A stretch of 64,000 nt of DNA from Obrimoposthia wandeli. Lineage: Eukaryota. Every line of letters begins with the position of its first letter. The stretch's first letter is position 1. Below the pieces are notes generated by a model. The model had not been told where the DNA came from, searched no databases, and worked only from the letters and a program-made list of their open reading frames with translations. The translations under genes and the position numbers were made by a program. Positions 13,340 through 37,573 of this stretch are shown piece by piece. Location: contig CDROCS010003392.1 in assembly GCA_977020255.1 (NCBI GenBank), positions 62,001 to 126,000 on the forward strand. Reading direction: 5' to 3'.

Positions 13340-14600
13340 TTTCTGTTTATTGTTCTCAATTATTGTATTTATTGATATGTTAGATGAGTTTGAAGAGCTA
13401 GGTATGATGGATGTTATAAATGGGCCAGGAGGTTTACAATATTTAGTCCGATAATGTTTTTTGAAAATTGTGTTATTTTTTACTTTAATGACCTTCCATG
13501 TTATTTTAATGATTAATGTAAAGATTTCAATTATTATGATTGTTACAAAAATTTCCTTGTTATTTATATTTTTTGAGTATTTTTGTTTGCCAAAGTGTAT
13601 TTTTAGACTTTAATTAAATGATTTATAGGGTATTGTTTCTGTTGTTTTTAATTTTTGATTCATTTTTGTATTTTCTGTAATATTAATTTGATTTGTAATT
13701 TCATAAATTTTTGTTGTGAAGGTTGTAGCATGTGGTATTTGTTTTATGGTTGTTTCTTTGATATATTTCCTAATTGTAATTACTGACCACTTGCCACAAA
13801 AAATCGTAGGTTGATATAATTTGGATATTTTATTTCCTAAAATCCTTAAGTTTGTTAGATTTCTACAAGTCTCAAATTGTTGTCCCCATTGTCTATACAT
13901 TATTGGTTTGTTAGTAATTACACGTTCTCTATCATCCATAATTATTTTTTCTTGATATCTTATATTTTTTATAGTTATATTTGTTCTGATTTGTGATCTT
14001 TCTAATTGTTTTTCTGCGTCTTTCCAAAAATGATCATTATATCCTCTATATCTAATTCTAATGAGGGCTTTATCTAAGTTATCTATTTTAAGTTGAAATT
14101 CCCAATTTATCATGATTTTATGTTTTGTTATATATTTTACTGTCGTTTTAATATTGAAGCTAAGTATAAGTGAGTTTCTATAATTCTTTCATAGAGTGTT
14201 ATATTTTTTTAATTCGACTTAACTCTTATTTTGTATTGTGTTTCTGTTCTTAAAATGGTATTATATAATTTTTTGATTCAATTTTGTAAATATTTATGAT
14301 TTGATTTTTTTCAGATTGGATTATCTGAATTCTTCCTAATTTTTTTGTAAAGAGTGATATTTTTAACTTTATTGATGTGATTTCAGATATTATTGTAATT
14401 AGTCCAAAATCTTTTATGAGATATGTTGATGAGTCGTATTTATTTATTTTGTGTTTTACTATTAATTGATTTTCATTCAGGTTTATAGCGTTTACTTTCA
14501 TTAGGTTACTTTTTACTGCAAAATATATTACCAGTTACATCATTATTTTACATATTTCTTTTATTGACATTTTTATTGTATTTCTAGTTTGATGACTCAA
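13340..14600 (-). pseudogene. env-like ORF remnant of element A
   Basis: ORF pieces 14250-14501 and 13610-14113 follow integrase. Reading through the TAA at 13610 gives a hydrophobic anchor IFVTIIIEIFTLIIKITW and a tail. The env call rests on position and topology, not homology. Confidence 0.45.
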
Positions 14601-16260
14601 AATAGTCTTGTTTGGTTTTGTGAGTTTTTTATAGTTAACATTTGTAGAACAGTATTATTGTTAGTTGATCTTAAGTTATATTTGTGACTTTTTACTTTTG
14701 TATTTTCCTCAGGTATTTCTCGACATCTGTTTATATGTGTTCTTATTTCTTTTGATTTTGGTTCATTGTCGAGTTTAGCTGTTATGTTAGTTCCGTTGGT
14801 ACTAATGACTGTGTATGGTTTTTTGTATGGTTTTGATAATTTGTGTGACAATCCTACATTAATTTGTGGATTGTGAATCATTACTTTACTTCCGCTTTTT
14901 ATATTTGATGGCTTAGTTCTTCTATCATAATATTCTTTGTAATTCTCTTGTATATTTTTTACAAATAATTTAGCTTTTTCGAATGCATATTTATTCTTTC
15001 TATAATTTCTATTTTATATTCAGGTATTTCTAGGTACTGTGTAGTAGGTTGTAGTAATGTTAGGTCAATAGGCATTTGAGGATCTCTGAGGAACATAAGG
15101 TAAAAAAGTGTTTCTCCTGTAGATGCATGTACTGATGTTCTATATGCAAAAAGGCATAGAGGTATATGTAAATCCCAATCTGTTTTATTGTTGTTTGTGT
15201 ATGATGTCATCATATCTTCGAGGGTTCTATTATATCTTTCTACTAATCCGTCGGTTTGAGGGTGATATGGTGCTGTATTGATCTTTTTTATGTGAAATAT
15301 TTCAGCTATTGACGCTAATACATTATTTATAAATTCAGGACCTTTGTCAGTTAAAAATTTTCGGGGTGCACCGAAAGTAAAAATACTTTTGTCGACTAAA
15401 ACCTTCGCGATGGTTTCAGCCTTATGATCATGTGTTGGAAAAGCCTCTGACCATCTTGTAAAATAATCAGAAAATACTATTTATATTGATTTCCTCGGGT
15501 GTTTCAAGTAATGGTCCCATTAGATCCATGGCAACAGTTTCCATGGTGGCTGATGGATACAGTATTGGTTTTAAAGGTATTTTGTGGTACGTAAAGTGTT
15601 TATTCGTTTAAGACATATTTCACAAGTATTGCACCAATTTTTTACATCTTCTTTCATATCAATCCAATAATATTTTAAATTTAATCTCGAATGTGTCTTT
15701 TTTGTTGAAAGATGTCCTAAAGCTCCGTTGTGATATTGAAGGAGTAATTGACATTGTATTTTTTTAGGAATAACTAGTGAGTACAAATTTTTATCGTTTA
15801 AATAATGTAAAATATTGTTACTGAATTTATAACGAGATTCATGAATTTTCAAATGTTTTCTTAATTTTTCATCTGTTGGAACTTGATTGATGGTTATGCA
15901 TTTAGTTATTTGTTGTATTTCCGTATCTTTGCTTTGAAGATCGGTGATTACTTTTTCATCATATTTTGATATAATTATTGTGAAAAGATTTAATTCGGTA
16001 TCATCTAAAGTCATTGTGTTTATATCTTCTCTTATTCGAGATTGACAATCTGCATTAGCGTTTGAGTTACCTTTTCTATATTTTATCTCGATATCATATT
16101 TTTGAAGAATTAACGCCCATCTCATTAATCTAGATGTTGTATCTTTATGATTTAGTAGCCACTGTAGGGGTCTTTGATCGGTATAAACGTAAACTTTTCG
16201 ACCTAATAAGTAATGTTTGAAATGTTCCATAGCAAAACAAATAGCTAGGCATTCTCTTTC
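14597..16260 (-). pseudogene. Ty3/gypsy pol (RNase H, HHCC finger, DDE integrase), frameshifted
   Basis: Motifs HYLLGRK.YVYTD.RPL, SRLMRWAL.LQ.YD.EIKYRKG, YH....GH...C..C, VAMDLMGP, TDKGPEF, YHPQTDGLVERYNRTL and W..HIP.CLFAYRTSVHASTG. Confidence 0.93.
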
Positions 16261-16289
16261 TATAGTTGAATAATTGGTTTAGCAGAAAG

Positions 16290-16790
16290 ATATATATACA
16301 CGGTAAGAGAATGATTGTTACGACAATAGTGTGTACTAAAACAAGAAAATGTTTGCACGATTTATTGCCACATATTGAATTTGCTATTAATGCAACAGTA
16401 AATAATTTTTCAAAACATTCACCGTTTGAGGTCATTAATGGAAGAAAAATAACAATTCAAGCATCAAGTGAAACAACAAACAATAAAGAAAATATCATTC
16501 AAGACGTAAATAAGAACCAATAAATCGTAGCTGAAAATTTAAAATAGTTATATAATGAAAGAAGAGTGGAAAGGATATTTGAAGTAAATAAAAAGGTGCT
16601 TATTAAAAATGACCGAATTAAAAGAAGCAAGAATAGTGACTAGTATGAAGGCTCAAATAGAATAATATAATTTTTGAGTCCACAACAGGTGTCAATTTAG
16701 TTTCCAAGAGGAATCCTTCCCAGAAGAAACGAATGGCTGAAGAAGTGCAAATTTGAATAGTGAAAGTTATGTAATCATAAATATTTTTTT
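16290..16790 (+). mobile_element. Ty3/gypsy integrase C-terminal and 3'-end fragment
   Basis: LLPHIEFAINATVN..SKHSPFEVINGR. The 3' sequence matches the reverse complement of 27200-27420. Confidence 0.7.
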
Positions 16791-17959
16791 ATGAATTCGT
16801 ATGGATTCCTGTATAAAATAAATTGTGTTGTGTATTCTAACTCTTGAATTATGTCTAGAATAGAAAATATAACTGATAACTATAAAAAATATTGTCAACA
16901 CAGGTCACCTGAGGTTAATAAACTCAACTCTAGAGTTAAGTAGCCATTTTTAATTAACGTTTTCGGATTTTATCTAATGTTTTATTACATGTTTTGTAAT
17001 ATGCCCTTGGCCAGGATTTAAAATGTAGCCGCTTTTTATTCAAAATTTCAATTCATTGTTTGTTTTATTTCAACATCTGCCAGTGCAGGACCTCAACACA
17101 AGATTTGAAAAAATATATAAAGTCATTTTCAAAATAAATACTTCAAATATTTCACAAAATCGAAAAATTTGTATATTAAGTGAATAAAAGAAATCTGACA
17201 ATGAATTAAACTTTCATGAGATTTAAAATATACAAAGAAGTTTAAAATAATTCTGATTTGTAATTATCTTGATAATTTTATGTGATATACTCAATATGAT
17301 TTAAATTGATATTTCACAATAAAAACATATAATAAAGGAACAACAATAAATAATTATGCATAATAAAATGGTGTTTATTTAAAAAGGGGTTGAAAATAGT
17401 TTATGAAATAACTTGATATACAATTATTTAGATATATAAATTTTAAATAAATTTCTTAAAGAAAGTTAAAAATATGTATTAAAAAGTTTTCTGATATATA
17501 ATAAATTTTATTTTCAAACTATTTGTTTAATATTATTTAAAAATGTAAGTCAAATTAGTAAATCGTTTGCCTAACAATATTTCTTTCATAAAACTAAATG
17601 ATTAAAATAAATTAAATAATTATAAAAAACAACATATGACTAATGTAAATTTATTAATTATTTTCGTTTGACCGATTTAACATAAATTTTGGACAGTCAA
17701 AACTCGACTTCTGAATTAAACAACAGTAATTTTTAATAAATACCACGTGATTTTTTAAAGTATTAAATGACTATAAAATTACACCTATAAAGGTGTTGGG
17801 AAAACAACTAATAACCTTTTTGATTTAGGCTTTGAAGTTTATTATTATTTGCTGCGTCATTAATAAATCAAACGGTTAGTTATGATATTAATAGTGTTAT
17901 GAATAAAACCAATTAATTTTAATTAACCAGAAATGCCCACTGTCTGGCAGGTAAAATAT

Positions 17960-20460
17960 TCAACCTCCGACAGAGAAAATCCGATTGGCCCATCCATGGA
18001 TTCTTCGGAAAGTGGCTTTATCTCTTACTTCGCGGTAGATGAATGCCTGCGAAACCAGAGATAATAAGAGTGAATAAGAGGAGTACAAACGCAACCACTT
18101 CGATCTGGAATCGAAAGGGAGAGGATCTTATCTCAACTCAGCCACACCCAGGAAAGTATCTTACTATGGCAGATCGAGTTGCCCATTTCTCGCAGCCAAT
18201 TTTCCTCTGTGCAGTTGGCTTGATCTACATTCCGCTGAACTATTGCTGCTAGCCGATCTCTCCTATCTGGGTGTTAATAGTCGCTCTCACTCAGCGACTA
18301 GCAGATGCAACAGTAGCAACATCTAACTATGGATGCAACCTCTTTCTTTATCTCTCTTAATGTTGTGACTCCCTCTTCCCTAACAACCAACTACGATCTT
18401 TGTGTGTACTGTTGTTTGCTAGAGTCGATGTGTGCACTTTCCATTTACCCTACATCTTGTGTGCATGTGTTGCTGAAAAATGTGCATATATGTAATATTG
18501 TTAATAATTAAAAAATCTGATCGTTAATCTTCAGTTAACAATGTTCGATGAAATATATAAATATATTGATCTTTAATTTTCAGTTAACATTGTTCGATGA
18601 AATCTCTTCAATTAACAACACGACGAAATCAGCATAAAAATTTATGTCATTAAATTGATTCTGTTACTGTTGTAATTCTTCATCAATCTCCAAACACTTT
18701 TATTTGGATTCTGGATAAGAAAAACATTCCACAGCAACAGATCAGCAACAGCAGTGGGGAAAATGTCACCACGCCGACATGGAGTTGTTGCTGCCCAACT
18801 GTGTGCAACGTGTGTGTGCAGCAACAGGCGGCAGACTGGGAGAGTGCGGTCAATATAACCTTGAAGTGGCTGTGGTCAGCGAGATTATTGATCGGCTGGA
18901 CATAGAGGCTGTTGCTGTCGCTTTTGTAGGGGGATAACAGCTGACCTGAGAAGCTACCAGCTGATGTTACTGCGTCCGAGGATCACAGCGAGAGAGATTG
19001 TAGAGGTATTTGCCTACTGATCTGACCGCCGCTCAGACCGGCTGTGGCTACAGCCGATGCTGGCCGCGAGGGAGACTGAGAAACTGGCTGAGTGAGAGAT
19101 TGGAACCGCCGATGACAGGAAAAAGAGCGAGGAATCTGGGCGACTTTGTGCGGTGAGTGTATTTTGCTTTATCTTTTTTATCTCTAACTTCGCGGGCATT
19201 TTGCCCATCGCGAAGCCAGAGATAAATCCGCCGTCCCCCTGACGACCCCGACAGGGCGAAACCGGTTAAGCCGGTCGGGGACTGAGATATCAAAAAATAT
19301 TACAAAATGCCAAAGTGCATTTCATTTACCCGAAATAACATTTCTCTAATTAAGGAAATTTCCTCCCGCCATTTCCCAATTAAAGTAATAATTTAAACTT
19401 TTTAAATTTTCTTTTTCTTTTTAAAATTACAATCCTAACAATATTCAATAATAATATTCAGCTGCCTCTTTTCTGCTGATGGGCCTGTTTTTGTCTCTAT
19501 CTCTCTATAAAAGGACTGCGCTGTCTGCCAATAAACACAAGAAAATCTGGAAACGATTATATACATTTTTGACACAACAATTTGATACAAATTTATGATT
19601 ATCACAATAACTAACAATTTTGATATTATTTACTACTTATGAGTATAAAAATATATGCTGTACAAAAGTTGAATTCTCATTGTTACTATAAAGAAATTTT
19701 GCCAGTTTGTTTTTTATCTTCAAATATACAGAAATTATTTACAAGCATCAAAAATGCTATTTATTTAAAGAATTAATAACCAACAACATATATATTATTT
19801 GTCTGATTAATTTCAATTCGATGAGATAATGTAAAATAATTAAATGGCTGAGAGATTTGCAGTTCAATAATAATAAAAAAATATCTTCTGTAATTTATTT
19901 CTTATCTAGTTTAATGAAACATATAAAGCGAAATATTTTTTTGTTTCGTTGAAGTAATACTTAATGCTATGTCAGGATCAGGGGACATAGTCATTATATA
20001 TTGCACGCATGCATACATACATGCACTTTTGAACACATAAATTAAAGATAGTGAGTGAGTGAATAGTTAGCGCGGTTCCATTCACTTGTGTGAGAAAGAG
20101 ATCTGTCTGTGGCGTCAGAAATTTGGAAAGGCAGGAAAAACTGGTAATCCCCGGTTCTGCACACACACACATGTGCAGCTAAGAATTTTCGCCGCCTGTT
20201 TGGACTCTGGGCATATTGGAAATGTAACCACCACCTAATTACACATGAAAACAATGAGTGAGTAGTGTTGATTGTTGAGTGAGCAAGGGAATGAGTGAGT
20301 GTGTGTACATGATTTATGTGTGTGTGATAATTTGTCTGTGTATGTCTGTAAATTAATCCCATGTGTCGGTGTAGATTGTTGGCTCACAGTAAAGGGGAAT
20401 AACCTTCTTTCTTATCTCTGGTTTTGTGGGCGTTTTTTCCACCGCGAAATCTGAGATAAT
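17960..20460. repeat. Dispersed non-autonomous repeat family with palindromic TTATCTC..TTCGCGG..CGCGAA..GAGATAA hairpins
   Basis: Hairpins at ~18018-18064, ~19178-19226 and ~20413-20460. Related motifs recur at ~45610-45680 and ~46210-46255. Confidence 0.5.
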
Positions 20461-21287
20461 CATCAGCCATACCTTTGAAGAGCCTGGCAAGGTAAAAGCG
20501 GCTAAGTGGCTCAGGTATTGATCAACAAGAAAGTACCGAAGTGCACTATGTTTTAATTAATAAATCAATTAAAAAAAATTCAAATTAATGTAATAATTCA
20601 AATTTATAGTTTTACTCATATATTTTTTCCTAACATTACTATAAAATTATCAATAAAGAGGTATATTGTAATTACATTTATTTATTATGTTTAAGTCATA
20701 TATATCTACAAAAAAACAGAAGATTGTAGGATAAAAAGAATTATTTTTTTGGATATTGTGATCAATTAGACAATTGTAGGATTTCAGTAAGGGTGCTAAA
20801 ATTGTGACAACAGTTGTGGCGATCAAGATTTAAGTGTCTATTTGGTAGAGAAAATACCGCAGGATACATATGGAAACGTAAAGAAAAATGTCAGTCAGAA
20901 GCGGCGAAAAACATGGACGGCTACAAATATAAAGTATGAGAGAAATATGGTAAGATAATTTGTGCAATCGAGACTAACATTCAGGAGACAGTGACATGTT
21001 CACACATAATAAGATATATAGAAAAAATAATGCACACACATACACAAAAGAAGATGAGATTAAAAACTTTGATAGAAAGGTAGGAAAATGAGCTGTTGTT
21101 ACTGGTACTGCACTTGGGCAGACGTGAGAATGATATAGGGAAAGCACAAAAAACTTCATCTGGTCGTAGGTGAGAGATGGATTTTTCGACACACATTGAT
21201 GAAATTGTGGGTGTGGTGTTGTTACTTTAAAAACACGACAAGTAGTGAGATGAAGGTAGGTAGAGGTCACAAGAAGTCAGCTCCACT

Positions 21288-22900
21288 TGTTCTCACAGAC
21301 ATCCGGGAGTAGTTTAGAAGGTAGAAAACTGTTGATAGGCCGAAAAGACTTCCCAGGTGATGTATTAAATTCCCTTTAAATCTTGCTTCGATAACAGATC
21401 GAAATGACCCAGAAGTGCCCACTTGAGTCTTTCTTGCTTGGTCTATATTTGTAGTTAAATCCAAGATGATGTGGAGAACGATATATTTAAATTCTGCCGT
21501 TTTACGGATTGTCGAATATTAAAATAAGCATCCAACAACAATCCCCCTTGATCTCTAGATCACACATAGTCTTCTAAATAGGCCGGTCGCCGTACGGCCC
21601 TTTGTTGGCATTCTCTGGCACCATCGGAAGCGACTTCTTCTCCTACATTCGCAATTGTCTCTGGCCATTATGGTAGTGGTATTGGAATCAGTCTGACGTC
21701 GGCCACGTGTCAAGGAACTCCGTCGATTTCTACCTGCGTTGCTCCACTCAAACCAGTAATTACTCCCTTAGGCCAAACTGATGTGCAACACACATTGGGA
21801 GGTTTGACAAATACAGCTTGATCCATGTTGTAACCTGTAATGTTTTGAAATGTCGACAACTTTGGTTCAACGTTTGGATGTCACCATTCGTATATGAACA
21901 GTTCTTGCACAGGAACATAATTATCCTTGTTACTACATTTTGAAGAAACATTATACCGAAAGCACATGTCGCGGACATCTGCATCGCTTCTGGCAGCCAT
22001 TCCTTTGATGGTTCTGTGAACACGTTCCACTATCAGATTTCCTGATGGTCGATAAGCACATCGAAACACACACTTGACCTTCCATGATCCACAAGCGTTG
22101 TGAAATTGCCGTGACTTAAAGGTTGGGCTATTATCCTTCAACAACTCATCTGGAGGCCCATGTTCTCTGAAAACATCGGTCATGGCGGTAGTCACTGAAT
22201 ACTGTGTCTCATCATTGAGCAACTTCCATATTGTGAATCGGTTTGGTCCATAATCGATAATGGATAAGTAACACTTCCCTAAATAATGGGTTACATCACA
22301 GATCAATTGACTCCAATTCTCATCAACTGATAACTCACCATGTTCCCAGCGAATTGGTGCTGGATCTATACTTTTATATTTAAAATACGTTCTACGACAG
22401 CTGCTACTTCTTCTCGTTTCACATTGAGTTCAGGATACTGACATTTTAAAAGATACGTTGTTTTGTCAACGCCAAGATGATTCAGGTTGTGCACTGCCAA
22501 TATTTCTGCTTCATTGCCGATCACGCTACTGCATGCCACGCTTGCACGATTGAGCCACTTTTGGGGCACTATGGTAAGCTCATCAGCTTTGTTTCCTGCT
22601 GACTTTATTAGCCTGATATTAACAGTTAGTCTGCATTCTTCTATTATGGTTTTCAATAGATTCAGTCGCCTATGCGCTAATGCCGATCCAAGACCATGCG
22701 TTTTTACTCGTTTGTCTCCCGATGTAATTGACTTTACCCAGCCATGGACCGTAAACGAATCTGTATAAACAAGAATTCGCGACAGCCTCCATTTTATCGC
22801 ACAATTAAGTCCTTTGACAACTGCTTCTAACTCTGCCAAATTGATATGAGAGGAATTGGAGACCATCAGCATTTTAACATCCAACAATAATATTTCTATC
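21288..22900 (-). mobile_element. 5'-truncated Ty3/gypsy-type element (RNase H, integrase, PPT, ~250-bp 3' LTR)
   Basis: HINLAELEAV.KGLN.A..W and VYTDS.TV.GW; IIDYGPNRF, DNSPTFKS, AYRPSGN.IVERVHRTIK; pol ends RRPAYLEDYV. A canonical purine tract AGAGATCAAGGGGGAT precedes LTR TGTTG at 21540. Confidence 0.85.
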
Positions 22901-24130
22901 ATTATCTCTAAGACTGATAATGAAACATTTAAAAAAAAACGAAATGCCCAAGTGTATTTGTTAATTAAACTTATCTTCCAGATTAGGGGCATTTCTCGTT
23001 ATAAAAAAATTAATTGGTTTTATTCCTAACATATTTACAATTATAAAATTAATTATAAATGTGTAAAAGTTAAAAAAATGAATTAACTTGAAATAATAAT
23101 ACAGTGGATTAGCAAAATTACATAAATAATATTTATAACTTCATTATTTCTTCGTTTAACTTTAATTTGTATTATTTTTATATAAAATTATTTTATATAC
23201 ATTTATTTAATATTTAAATGATATAAATTCAAAAAAGATCAAAATATCTTATAACTTATAATGGATCTTATAATCATTTGATATATATTGTTTTAATAAT
23301 TATCAAAAATAAATAAATGCAAAATATTAAATAATATTTAATAAAATTAAACCATTCAATCTTTGATTGAGGTTAACAATAATTTGATAATGAATAATTA
23401 TAAAACTAATTTTTAATTAATCACTTTCAAATAATTTTTTATAATCTTCAAATATTTTTAAAAGTAGTTATAAAAATTCATTGTCTTCAGTGTCTGATGC
23501 CTTGCTTTCTTTTTAATTACAAAAGAAAATGATTATTTATTTTTAAACAAATAATCGAATTGGGAAATTATTTAGAGTTAAAATGTCTTCTAAATCACTT
23601 AATTTTCTTACGATTTATTTTATGTATAATAATGTAATTTTAAATTTTAAAATGAATGTGTCTACAATTTAACGCTAAACTAATAATATAGAGCTTTATT
23701 ATTCATTTACAAAAATGTCTACGTTTCAGTTATTTGGTCATGTTGACAAAATTCATTTTAATCATATTTAACTTAATATTCTCATTATACAATTTATTCA
23801 GTCAATTTTGAAATGTGTATATTACGTATAATATATTATAAAAAAATATTCTAAATAACTTATACTGCAAATCAAAAGCGGTTTCCTTGACCATTACATC
23901 CATGGTCAAACAATTTGTTCAGAAAAGCCAATTTAGTCAAAATTATTCTTTTTAATTGTATTGGATTTTTGAAGATGATATTTGAAATATTTATTTATTG
24001 AATTTTGAATTCATTTTTGATACATTTATTTAGTTTTTAGCTTTTAGTTTCCTGCATAATTTAAAATAATCACTTTTTATTAGATAATTATTGATAAATA
24101 CCACTGATTAATTCTCAAAAAATATATTTA

Positions 24131-25538
24131 GCAATAAAAACGCATAAATAATTTAAAATAAATAACATGCTTATAATTTTTAAATCTGTCATTATATTTA
24201 AAAAAGGTCTATTCTAACTTTAAAATAATTGTTTTATAATATGAATAACTATAGTTTATTTAAAAATGTATTTTATACTAAACGAAATTAAATTTAAAAA
24301 ATTTATTGTGAAATAAGATTGGTCAAAAAATCGCATAATATATATTTTTCAATAAGCGTATTTTCTTTAACGAATATTATTAAACATTTATTTGTAAGTT
24401 ATTAATTTGTAATTTAAAATATATATATTTCTTAGGTATAATGGGTCAATTGTCAAAGCTTTAGAAGGAAATTATTATTAGTATGTTTGAAAAGGGTTAT
24501 ACCAAACAAAATATATCTAAAATTTTAAAATTTAATCAATCTACCATAAGTAAGCTTATTAAAAAAATGGAAAAGTACAGGTACATTGGTTCGAAAAGTA
24601 GGAAGTGGCCGTAAGTCCAAAATAAATCGCTCACAAAAGCTAAAAATTAAAAGAAAGATTATTGAAAACCCACAATTTTCAAACTATCAAATCGCTATCG
24701 AATGTGATCTTATAGATAAAGTTTCGATATCCACAATATCCCACTTCATGTGTTTTATAGGATTATATTCACGAGTTGCAGCAAAATCATCAGTAATAAG
24801 TCGCATTCATCGAAGGAAAAGACTCTTTTTTGCTCGTAGATGCAAAATGTTCCTTAGTAATAATTGGAATAAAGTTTCTTTTTCTGACGAGAGTTTTATA
24901 AAAACGTCATCAAGGGGCGAATAACTGTTAGACGGCGTAAAAATCATCGATATAATCAAAGGTATGTCGTAAAACATGTATATTCTGAGAAAATGTCTGT
25001 TATGTTTTGGGGATTTGTCAATGGTAATGGGGACCGATATTTGACTCATGTGCCAGGAACCATGAACTCAGTTAAATATATAGAAACATTGAAAACTGTA
25101 TTCTCAACCTTCCCAAGCATATTACAACAAAATATTGCCCCATGTCACTATCCTGGCTTTTCAAGGGATTTATGACCGAGTACAATATCGAAATTTTACA
25201 ATTCTTGCCACCTAATTCTCCATTCTCAATCCTATCGAAAATATTTGGAGTATTTTGAAAACAAAGTTCAGAGGAGTCACATTTAAATTCATTGATGATT
25301 TAAAATGTAAAGTGCATGCTGCCTTTGATGCTATACATACGGATTTAATCAAAAAACATCTCAATCTATGGATAGAAGTTTGAATAATGTTATTGTCCAC
25401 AAAGGAAAATCTGCCAAATATTAAATTAAATATATCAATTTTAATTACCTGATATTTTTGATTACTAAGGTTATTTCATAATTTACTGATGTATATTTGT
25501 AAAATAATACATCAATATAAATTATGCGTTTTTATTGC
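24131..25538 (+). mobile_element. Decayed Tc1-like transposon
   Basis: GSGRK, W.KV.FSDES, VMFWG, LQQN.APCH and PPNSP.LNPIENIW. A 17-bp inverted repeat GCAATAAAAACGCATAA sits at 24131 and 25522-25538. Confidence 0.85.
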
Positions 25539-26377
25539 CTAGGAATTAATCCATAAATTATGCAATATACGCAATTATAATCCTGTGTTTTTATTTTTAA
25601 ACTTAAGTTTTATTTTTATTATTAACTACATATATTATTAAATATAGATTTTATCTATACATATTTACTAAAGTATTTTAAGAAATTAATTAAGTTAGAA
25701 GTAATTTTATTTCTTGAAATTAATTATGCGTTTTTATGTTTAAAATTTCAAGTTGAGTTGCATTAGAGTAGCATTGTGATGTTTTATTTAAATACTTCCA
25801 GTCATTAGTATATTTACAATTACTTTCTCCAGTGTCACGTATCTATATATCAATTTCTAAAACAGTTTAATTTCTGTCTTAAAATTAATATTTTTTTTAT
25901 AATTTGTTTAAAATTAGCAAAAATTATTAAAATAATTTAATTGACATTGTGTCACATATTTTATTGTCTTTTGAAATGTGAATGAAAAAGCTTTATTTTG
26001 TCAATTGAATTTTCAGAAGGGTTGGCAAGTTTAGATTTTAAAATAGATTCAAAAACTGGTTTGATTCAATTAGATTAAATAATTTTTTAACTTTAAAATC
26101 TTACATTTTAAAAGTTTTTATTTCATCTCATGTTAAATAAATTAAATATTTGGAAAATTCTAAATTTAAATATTCTAAGTTCGAAACTTTATTTTAATTT
26201 ATTAATGATCAAATTTAGCTAAATAAATGTAAACAATTAATTATGATACATTTTGAATTTTCAAAAATATAGTTTCAAAATAATTTTGACAAAATATTTA
26301 GTACTAGAGTATTTTACAATTCTGTTTTGATTTCAACAGATTTGTTTATGATTGATTCGATATATTATTTTAGATAA

Positions 26378-37573
<11,196 letters not shown>

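Larger units (their letters stand above)
10284..16265 (-). mobile_element. 5'-truncated, decayed Ty3/gypsy element (element A): RNase H-integrase, env-like ORF, two accessory genes, 3' LTR
   Basis: Colinear minus-strand order from pol to LTR. Broken at ~16265 against an oppositely oriented integrase fragment. Confidence 0.8.

Noticed and set aside
11880-16230. APOBEC-like G>A hypermutation in element A (DCE>DCK, QEY>QKY, GHLG>GHLS)
   Set aside because: Three examples in mixed contexts alongside non-G>A changes. A consensus comparison would be needed.
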